The notes beneath the pieces were generated by a model. The model did not search any database, had not been told where the DNA came from, and saw only the letters and a list, made by a program, of their open reading frames with translations. A stretch of 64,000 nucleotides of DNA from a virus: the IMG/VR virus record IMGVR_UViG_3300034284_000578, positions 44,577-108,576 of that record; one strand, written 5' to 3'. How positions within the stretch are numbered: the first letter of the stretch is position 1; each line of letters begins with the position of its first letter. The position numbers and the translations under genes are program-made. Of the stretch, positions 57,578 through 64,000 are shown one piece after another.

Positions 57578-58257
57578 CTACAGCAACTACAATTAAACTC
57601 TCAAAGAAAACTCTTGATATCCTCAAGAACTATGCATCAATTAATTCCAACATTCTAGTAAATCCGGGTAATGTTATCACCACGATTTCCCCAGTAAAGA
57701 ATGTTCTAGCAGAAGCAACTGTAGACGAAACATTCGATACTCAGTTTGGTGTTTGGGATCTTAACAAGTTCCTTGGAACTGTGAGTTTGTTTACTGATCC
57801 TGAATTTGAATTCCACCAAAAGTATGTGGTTATTTCTGGTTCAAATGGTTCTTCTGTTAAGTATTTTTATTGTGAACCAAAGTTGTTGACCACACCCACA
57901 AAGAAGATTCAAATGCCTGCTGGTGTGGTAAACTTCAAGTTAACCCAAAAGAACTTTACAGAACTGCAAAAGGCAGCATCTGTTCTGCAACTTCCTGATA
58001 TTGCCGTGCGGTCTAATGATGGTAGAATGGAACTTGTTGCGCTCGACAAGAACGACGACACCTCAAATAGTTATTCGGTCGATTTGGGTGATACCGATGC
58101 AGACTTTGAATTCTACTTTAAGGTAGAAAATCTAAAGTTGATCTATGGTGATTACAATGTAGAAATCACAGAAAAGGTTGTTAGTAAGTTTACTCACGAA
58201 ACAATGAATCTATCGTATTGGATTGCACTAGAACCGGATTCAAAGTACAACGGATAA
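57574..58257 (+). CDS. gp45: Sliding clamp gp45
   Basis: KLS..TL.ILKNYASIN, FG..DLN.FL, FKVENLK...G.Y.V and YWIALE.DS motifs. Confidence 0.96.
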   Translation: MTTATTIKLSKKTLDILKNYASINSNILVNPGNVITTISPVKNVLAEATVDETFDTQFGVWDLNKFLGTVSLFTDPEFEFHQKYVVISGSNGSSVKYFYCEPKLLTTPTKKIQMPAGVVNFKLTQKNFTELQKAASVLQLPDIAVRSNDGRMELVALDKNDDTSNSYSVDLGDTDADFEFYFKVENLKLIYGDYNVEITEKVVSKFTHETMNLSYWIALEPDSKYNG

Positions 58258-58260
58258 TAT

Positions 58261-59208
58261 ATGGAAACAAACAATGATACATTCTTGTGGGTGGAAAAAT
58301 ACCGTCCGCAGAAAGTTGATGATTGTGTTCTTCCCGATAGTCTAAAGAAGACTTTCAAGGAAATGGTTGGTTCTGGAGAACTCCAGAACCTTCTCCTTTC
58401 TGGGGGACCAGGTTGTGGCAAAACAACTGTTGCAAAGGCTCTATGTAATGAACTTGACATGGAGTGGATTATTATCAACTGCTCTGAAGATGGAAACATT
58501 GACACTCTGCGTACAAAGATCCGCAACTTTGCCAGCACCGTGTCTTTGACAGGAAACCGCAAAGCAGTGATCCTAGATGAGTTTGATTATTCAAATCCAC
58601 AGTCAACTCAACCTGCTCTCCGAGGATTTATCGAAGAGTTTGCAGATAATTGCCGATTCATTTTGACTTGCAACTTTAAGAATCGAGTGATTGAACCTCT
58701 GCATTCTAGATGCACATGCATTGATTTTAAGTTTACCCCGAAGGACAAGATGAAACTTGGTCCATTCATCTTGGATCGTTTGAAGTTCATTCTGGACAAA
58801 GAAAAGGTAAAGTATGATGAGAAGGTTCTTGTTAAACTCATCATGCGTCATGCGCCAGATCTACGCAGACTTTTGAACGAGTTGCAGCGTTATTCTGTTT
58901 CCGGTGAAATTGATGTTGGTATTCTTAAGGAAGTCGGAGATCTTAATATTGATGATCTAACCGATGCAATGAAGAAGAAAAACTTTCCTGCTGTTCGAAA
59001 GTGGGTTGTTGCAAACTTAGACAACGATCAATCTCAAGTGTTCCGTAAGTTGTATGAGGGATTGCAGGATACAATGGAACCCGAAAGCATTCCTACTTTT
59101 GTATTGATTATTTCCGAATATCAGTATAAGTCTGCATTTGTTGCCGATCAAGAAATCAATATGACTGCTTGTTTGGTGCAAGTGATGATGGAGTGCAACT
59201 TCAAATGA
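58261..59208 (+). CDS. gp44: Clamp loader large subunit gp44
   Basis: LWVEKYRP, G.PGCGKTT, LDEFD and PLHSRC motifs. Confidence 0.97.
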   Translation: METNNDTFLWVEKYRPQKVDDCVLPDSLKKTFKEMVGSGELQNLLLSGGPGCGKTTVAKALCNELDMEWIIINCSEDGNIDTLRTKIRNFASTVSLTGNRKAVILDEFDYSNPQSTQPALRGFIEEFADNCRFILTCNFKNRVIEPLHSRCTCIDFKFTPKDKMKLGPFILDRLKFILDKEKVKYDEKVLVKLIMRHAPDLRRLLNELQRYSVSGEIDVGILKEVGDLNIDDLTDAMKKKNFPAVRKWVVANLDNDQSQVFRKLYEGLQDTMEPESIPTFVLIISEYQYKSAFVADQEINMTACLVQVMMECNFK

Positions 59209-59579
59209 AACTTACAGATTGGTTAAATTCCATCAATATTACCAAAAAGAATATTTTGGAAGATCCTTTACTGGAAAAGGAATATTCTCCGTATATTATT
59301 AACCGATCTTTATCGTATTTTCCGGATACTCTGTTTCATGCAAATGAAATGAATCAGAAGCATCTGTTACCCAAGAAACTACAATACGACTATTTGCGTA
59401 TGGTAGTCCGTAAGCGTAAGCGGTTTTCTAAATGGGATAAGAAGGATCATAGTGACGATCTGGAATTGATTAAGCAATACTACAATTATTCTACAAAAAA
59501 AGCATTAGAGGTTTTGCCTCTGTTGACAAAAGAACATATTGCATATATACGCAACCTTACTGGCGGGGTTAGAAAGTAA
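59205..59579 (+). CDS. gp62: Clamp loader small subunit gp62
   Basis: L.DWLNSIN..K, Y.PYIINRSLS.F.DT...ANEMN and RKRKRFSKW motifs. Start reassigned to ATG 59205 (ATGA overlap). Confidence 0.93.
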   Translation: MKLTDWLNSINITKKNILEDPLLEKEYSPYIINRSLSYFPDTLFHANEMNQKHLLPKKLQYDYLRMVVRKRKRFSKWDKKDHSDDLELIKQYYNYSTKKALEVLPLLTKEHIAYIRNLTGGVRK

Positions 59580-59623
59580 TAATTATACATATTAGGAGAA
59601 GTTTACTAATATGGATTATTATT
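59578..59623 (+). promoter_or_regulatory. Hairpin over the regA translation-initiation region, containing late-promoter-like TATACATA
   Basis: aataattatacatattag (59578-59595) pairs with ctaatatggattattatt (59606-59623) at 16 of 18 positions; TATACATA at 59584-59591; ATG at 59624. Confidence 0.6.
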
Positions 59624-60034
59624 ATGGAACAGAATAGTATTGAAATCAATTCGCTGCTGGAAGTGCAACTTAAGGATTCTGAATCCTTTTTAAAAATTAA
59701 AGAAACATTGACAAGAATTGGCGTTTCTTCCAAAAAAGAGAAGAAATTGTACCAATCCTGTCATATTTTACATAAAAGAAGTAAATATTACATTGTGCAT
59801 TTTAAAGAATTATTTCTTCTGGATGGATTAAGTTCTGACATAGATGAAACCGATATCGGTAGAAGAAATACGATTGCAAAGTTATTAGAGGAATGGAATT
59901 TATTAACCGTTGTTGATAAGGAAAAATTAAACAGCATTTTGACTCCTTTAAATCAAATAAAGATAATTCCATTTAAGGAAAAGACCGAATGGGAACTTTG
60001 CCCTAAATATCATATCGGAAAGGGTAAAAAATAA
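59624..60034 (+). CDS. regA: Translational repressor RegA
   Basis: FLKIKETLTRIG..S.K.KKLYQSCHILHK...YYIVHFKELF.LDG and W.L.PKY.IG motifs. Confidence 0.97.
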   Translation: MEQNSIEINSLLEVQLKDSESFLKIKETLTRIGVSSKKEKKLYQSCHILHKRSKYYIVHFKELFLLDGLSSDIDETDIGRRNTIAKLLEEWNLLTVVDKEKLNSILTPLNQIKIIPFKEKTEWELCPKYHIGKGKK

Positions 60035-60414
60035 TGGACGCAGGAATATACGACTTACATGCAGAATTTGGTGTTGATTATTCTGTAGAATTTGAATACA
60101 CTCAAAACGATGGAACTGCCATAAATTTAGGACAGGGTGAGTTGTCTTTTTATGTTAAAAAATCAATTCTACCTTATGATACCTTATTTGAAGTTCATTC
60201 AAATGGTGCTATCGTTGAAGGAGTTCTTCCATTCCCATCCTCTGAGTCTGGTTATGGTACAATTACCGTGTCAAATGGTGTTGCTACCCTACAAATAACC
60301 GCAGAAACTATGGATCAACTCCAACCTACTACCTATTTTTATACTCTAGTTAGACACTTAAATGGTGTAGAAACTATGCTCTTGAAGGGTAAATTTGTCG
60401 TGGAGGCAGCATGA
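60034..60414 (+). CDS. Putative virion adaptor/anchor protein, paralogue-like of 38720..39319
   Basis: AG.YD...E.G.DY N-terminus and Y.Y.L......LLKG.F.V C-terminus. Confidence 0.6.
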   Translation: MDAGIYDLHAEFGVDYSVEFEYTQNDGTAINLGQGELSFYVKKSILPYDTLFEVHSNGAIVEGVLPFPSSESGYGTITVSNGVATLQITAETMDQLQPTTYFYTLVRHLNGVETMLLKGKFVVEAA

Positions 60415-60530
60415 GAAAATTAGTAGTGACTGAAACCCAAAGAAGCAAGGCCACACATAAAAGAGGTACTATAAATAGAGTAGTAATAAAGAAAGCATCT
60501 ACAAAGACTACAACTATTTTAGTACCATAA
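60411..60530 (+). CDS. 39-aa basic ORF absent from the ORF track
   Basis: ATGA overlap upstream, SD GGAGG, TAATG overlap downstream. Translates as MRKLVVTETQRSKATHKRGTINRVVIKKASTKTTTILVP*. Confidence 0.6.
   Translation: MRKLVVTETQRSKATHKRGTINRVVIKKASTKTTTILVP
60470..60477 (+). promoter_or_regulatory. Late promoter TATAAATA upstream of the fibre cluster
   Basis: Exact consensus 52 nt before ATG 60530, inside the small ORF. Confidence 0.5.
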
Positions 60531-60763
60531 TGGCAAAAAAGATCTACTACTACGATAAAAGAGCAAATGCCGCTGTTACCGAGTTAACATCGTTAGTTGT
60601 ACCTGTTGCTGAACCAACACTCACGACTATTCAAGGTTGGTTGCAACATCCTATGGGAGAATTGGCACCAAGTTCTATATTGACGGTGGATAGTGCAGGT
60701 AAATTAGATATTCTAAAAGTAGATGTTATTGAATTTGCGACTCTTGATGGTGGGGAATTTTAA
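60530..60763 (+). CDS. Small fibre-associated protein ending in LDGGEF
   Basis: TAATG overlaps on both sides; C-terminal DGG motif. Confidence 0.6.
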   Translation: MAKKIYYYDKRANAAVTELTSLVVPVAEPTLTTIQGWLQHPMGELAPSSILTVDSAGKLDILKVDVIEFATLDGGEF

Positions 60764-61233
60764 TGTCCGATGTGACGATTAAAATTAAACGTTCGCTTAC
60801 ACCCGGAAACGTACCAGCCGATCTAGAGTTGGGTGAGTTGGCTATAAATATCCCCGATAAAAAAATATATATCGGTGATAATTCTACCGATGGTAACGCA
60901 TTAATAATTGATGGACTGGCAAGCGGTGGTGGAACAATATATACCGCTGGTTCCGGTATTAATATAACGGGAACTGTAATAAGATTAGATCCTGCTATCT
61001 TTACAACATCAACAAACACTTTGAATATACTAGCGAACACCGTAAATTTTACAGGTGGTTCACCAAGTCTAACCGGAGTTTCTTCCATAACGTCACAGGG
61101 AGGAAACCTATATATTACAGGCAATCTGATTGTATCGGGTTATATTGAAACGGATACAGGAATCCGAGGCAACACCGATGTAACAGAGGAATATCTGGGT
61201 TATGGAATGGTATTAGATGGCGGATCATACTAA
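60763..61233 (+). CDS. Short fibre protein with an Mtd-N/gp34-N-like head; ends in LDGGSY
   Basis: IKIKRS...G.VP..L..GELAIN..D.KIYIG motif. Confidence 0.7.
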   Translation: MSDVTIKIKRSLTPGNVPADLELGELAINIPDKKIYIGDNSTDGNALIIDGLASGGGTIYTAGSGINITGTVIRLDPAIFTTSTNTLNILANTVNFTGGSPSLTGVSSITSQGGNLYITGNLIVSGYIETDTGIRGNTDVTEEYLGYGMVLDGGSY

Positions 61234-61245
61234 CGAGGAAAATAA

Positions 61246-63732
61246 ATGGCAACTATTAAGATTAAACGTGGTACATCAGATCCAACAGCAACACAAGTAA
61301 CAAATGCTGGTGAATTGGCAGCAAATACAACCACACCAAAGATTTGGTTAAAGACTGCTGATGATAGCAGCACAACTCCAATTTGGGTTGGTGCTCAAAT
61401 CGAAGCATCGCCTGGTGACTGGACATCTGCGGTTAAACTCGCAACACAAAGTGCAGTCAATACCACCTTTATGCCAAAGGCGGGTGGTACATTTACTGGT
61501 GCTGTAAGTTTTGGTCAAGGATCGACTGCTCCCGGTGAAATTCGTCTTCTAGAAGATACAGATGATGGTTCAAATTATAGTGCGTTCAGGGGATCTGCAA
61601 GATCGGCAAATATTACTTATGTAATGCCTACAACTGATCCTACTGCTGGACAAGTTTTATCTGCTGGTGCTCCTTCTTCAAACGTTTCTACTTTATCTTG
61701 GATTGATTCTGGTAGTGCAAGCACAATTGCTGTAACTGATGATGATGCAACAACAACTTTGTATCCAATGTTTTCCACAGTTACAAGTGGAAGCACGACA
61801 ACAAAAATAGACTCTGATGGTATGACGTATAATGCTTCGACAGATTCATTGACAATACCAGGCGACTTGGCTGTAAATGGTGCCGACATCACCACAACTG
61901 CAACTGGCACAGCAACTGTGTTCAATACTAATGCCACAACAGTCAACATGGCTGGTGCTGCAACAACCGCAACAATTGGTTACACTGGCACAGCATCATC
62001 CACAACCAACATCTCAAATGGTGCGGTGGGTAGTTCAAATACAAAAACTCTTAATCTTGGGGCGGGCGGGGGCTTAGGGACCGTAAACGTAAACATAGGT
62101 TCGGAATCTGCAGGAACTACCACTATAAACAGTTCGACTTTAGCCGGAAATTTCGCAAATAGTACGCAAAATGTATTTAATACCAACCATACAGTAGTAA
62201 ATGCATTTGGAGCAGCAACTACTCTTACAATGGGAGCAACAAGTGGCGCAACAACCAGTATTCGTGGTGGCACATTAGTCGGAAATACAACAACACAAAA
62301 CGTATTTAATGCTACAGCGACAACAGTAAATGCATTCGGTGCCGGTACAACTGTATCAATCGGTGCTACTACTGGTACTACCACGGTTAGAAATGATTTG
62401 AACATTGCTTCTGGAAAAGTATACCAAATAAATGCAACTTCAATATTGAGTGCTACGACTTTGGGTTCCAGTGTAGTAAGTTCATCTTTAACATCAGTAG
62501 GAACAATTGCAACTGGTGTATGGGAAGCAACAGATGTAGGAGTTGCTCACGGTGGTACGGGTACGTCCGATGGTAGTATCACAGGTACTGGTGCTTTAAC
62601 ATTTACCGCTGGCGGAACAAACACAAACGTAAACTTGGTTCCAAATGGAAACGGTACAGTTGATGTTGGATCTAAGAGAATTACTAATCTTGCAACACCC
62701 TCATCATCTACGGATGCTGCCACACGCGGATATGTTGATAGTGTCGCGCAAGGTTTGCACTTTCACGCAACTGCAAAAGGAGCAACAACTGCAACTTTGG
62801 CATCTCTGTCTGGTGCAACAGTAAGTTATAGCGGAGGAACTCAAGCAATAACTTGGACAGGTGGAACTGCATTAACAAGTACATTTACTGATGGTGTTTC
62901 TTTTACTGCGAGTACAACAGAATCTTCCGCTAGTAGAATTCTTGTAAAAAATGAAGGAGATGTTGGTGGATTAGGTGCAGCATATAACGGAATTTATTAT
63001 GTGTATGGTGCCAGAGAATTGAGAAGATCTGTAGACGCAAATACAGCAGCAGAATATATCGGTGGTGATTTCATCTTCATTTTAGAAGGAACAACATATA
63101 ACAACACAGGTTGGGTGCAAACAGAAGTTATCACTACATTGGACACAGATTCCATTCTGTGGGATCAATTCTCCGGTGCTGGTACATTTATTGCCGATGA
63201 AGTTACTTTAACCAAAAGTGGAGATACATTTAGTATCAAGAGCACATATATTGGACAATCTAGCATAACTACTCTTGGTACAATCGGAACAGGTACATGG
63301 CAAGGTACAGTAATTGGTTTGACTTATGGTGGTACAGGTAAAGCACTAACAGCCAGTGCCGGTGGTATCGTCTATACTGACGCAGATAGCATGGAAGTTC
63401 TTGCTGCCGGTACATCTGGTTATGTGCTAACTTCAGGTGGATCTGGTGCGCCATCGTGGACAAATGCAACAGACGCAAATACTACATCTGCTATCGTACA
63501 GCGAGATGGTTCTGGTAATTTTAGTGCAGGAACAATTACTGCCAGTTTAACTGGTACAGCATCAAATGCTTCAGCAGTAACTATGGCAAGTGAAACCTCA
63601 GATACTACTTGCTTCTTGGCTTTCGTAAATACGGCATCTGCATCAAATCAAGCGTTAAAGTATAATTCGTCATTAGCATATAACGCATCTACGAACTATT
63701 TGGAAGCCAATATTGATGGTGGAACTTATTAA
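61246..63732 (+). CDS. Tail fibre protein, 828 aa; ends in IDGGTY
   Basis: IKIKRG....GELA head; VFNT.ATTVN.FGAAT repeats; SSLTSVGTI..G.W, ITNLATP....DAAT..YVD, RILVKN.....NGIY and IVQRDGSGNFSAGTITA.L.G.A fibre motifs. Confidence 0.85.
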   Translation: MATIKIKRGTSDPTATQVTNAGELAANTTTPKIWLKTADDSSTTPIWVGAQIEASPGDWTSAVKLATQSAVNTTFMPKAGGTFTGAVSFGQGSTAPGEIRLLEDTDDGSNYSAFRGSARSANITYVMPTTDPTAGQVLSAGAPSSNVSTLSWIDSGSASTIAVTDDDATTTLYPMFSTVTSGSTTTKIDSDGMTYNASTDSLTIPGDLAVNGADITTTATGTATVFNTNATTVNMAGAATTATIGYTGTASSTTNISNGAVGSSNTKTLNLGAGGGLGTVNVNIGSESAGTTTINSSTLAGNFANSTQNVFNTNHTVVNAFGAATTLTMGATSGATTSIRGGTLVGNTTTQNVFNATATTVNAFGAGTTVSIGATTGTTTVRNDLNIASGKVYQINATSILSATTLGSSVVSSSLTSVGTIATGVWEATDVGVAHGGTGTSDGSITGTGALTFTAGGTNTNVNLVPNGNGTVDVGSKRITNLATPSSSTDAATRGYVDSVAQGLHFHATAKGATTATLASLSGATVSYSGGTQAITWTGGTALTSTFTDGVSFTASTTESSASRILVKNEGDVGGLGAAYNGIYYVYGARELRRSVDANTAAEYIGGDFIFILEGTTYNNTGWVQTEVITTLDTDSILWDQFSGAGTFIADEVTLTKSGDTFSIKSTYIGQSSITTLGTIGTGTWQGTVIGLTYGGTGKALTASAGGIVYTDADSMEVLAAGTSGYVLTSGGSGAPSWTNATDANTTSAIVQRDGSGNFSAGTITASLTGTASNASAVTMASETSDTTCFLAFVNTASASNQALKYNSSLAYNASTNYLEANIDGGTY

Positions 63733-63751
63733 TAAATGAAAGAGATATATT

Positions 63752-64000
63752 ATGTCAGAAGTGAATTATAATGAAACAGTCGTAATTCCATTCCTTCAGA
63801 AGAAGTTCCAAGAACTTGTAAACAACAATTTAGTTCTTGAAGTTAATTTGATGGTGGAACAGAATAAAAACAAAGACCTAACAGAAAAATTTAATAACAC
63901 CACTCAGAACTTTGCTTTAGAAATTTCTAAGCGAGATGATTTAATTTCCGAATATAAAGGAAAGTATAATCAATTACAATCTGAATCGCCAATAATTGGT
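63752..64000 (+). CDS. Coiled-coil protein, 3'-truncated by the window
   Basis: ATG 63752 begins MSEVNYNETVVIPFLQKKFQELVNNNLVLEVNL..., open to the window end. Confidence 0.65.
   Translation, partial: MSEVNYNETVVIPFLQKKFQELVNNNLVLEVNLMVEQNKNKDLTEKFNNTTQNFALEISKRDDLISEYKGKYNQLQSESPIIG

Noticed and set aside
46001-59204. Upstream starts in the ORF track for uvsY (46001), gp55 (48686), the gp68-like gene (50867), the MTase (53366) and gp62 (59169)
   Set aside because: These extensions run through promoter elements or deep into the upstream gene. The downstream starts have SD sites or ATGA coupling.
59523-59551. TTGACA inside gp62 as a regA promoter
   Set aside because: There is no good -10 hexamer at 16-18 bp spacing.
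1339-63478. Many short minus-strand and alternative-frame ORFs in the track (e.g. 44316..44768, 50854..51360, 56351..56848, 61980..62405)
   Set aside because: They lie within or across well-supported + strand genes, lack recognisable motifs, and look like shadow ORFs.
60763-63732. Diversity-generating retroelement, suggested by the Mtd-N-like domains
   Set aside because: No reverse transcriptase and no template/variable repeat pair is visible in the window.

Overview
This is a 64-kb, AT-rich segment of a large T4-like myovirus, with gene order resembling the cyanophage/aquatic T4 relatives. All convincing genes are on the + strand. Left to right it holds: (1) baseplate and fibre genes (gp7 C-terminus, a 3556-aa multi-domain carbohydrate-active-like protein, gp8, a DUF4815-type protein split in two ORFs, a fibre and a probable adhesin); (2) neck, terminase, tail and head genes (gp13-gp23, gp3); (3) recombination and replication genes (uvsY, uvsW, gp55, gp47, gp46, rnh, gp45, gp44, gp62, regA), with a GNAT/DNA-methyltransferase pair; and (4) a second fibre cluster. 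The most notable observations are: a collagen/Cys-rich fibre-like protein with a C-terminal nucleotidyltransferase-like domain inserted in the head operon; the giant protein, where a beta-helix enzyme and an Asp-box propeller appear nested inside other domains; three RBS-occluding hairpins that each contain a late-promoter motif (gp13, uvsW, regA); a consensus antisense sigma70 promoter aimed at uvsW; a relocated gp68-like gene; and a possible -1 frameshift fusing the GNAT to the methyltransferase. All family calls come from motif recognition and synteny. No database search was run.
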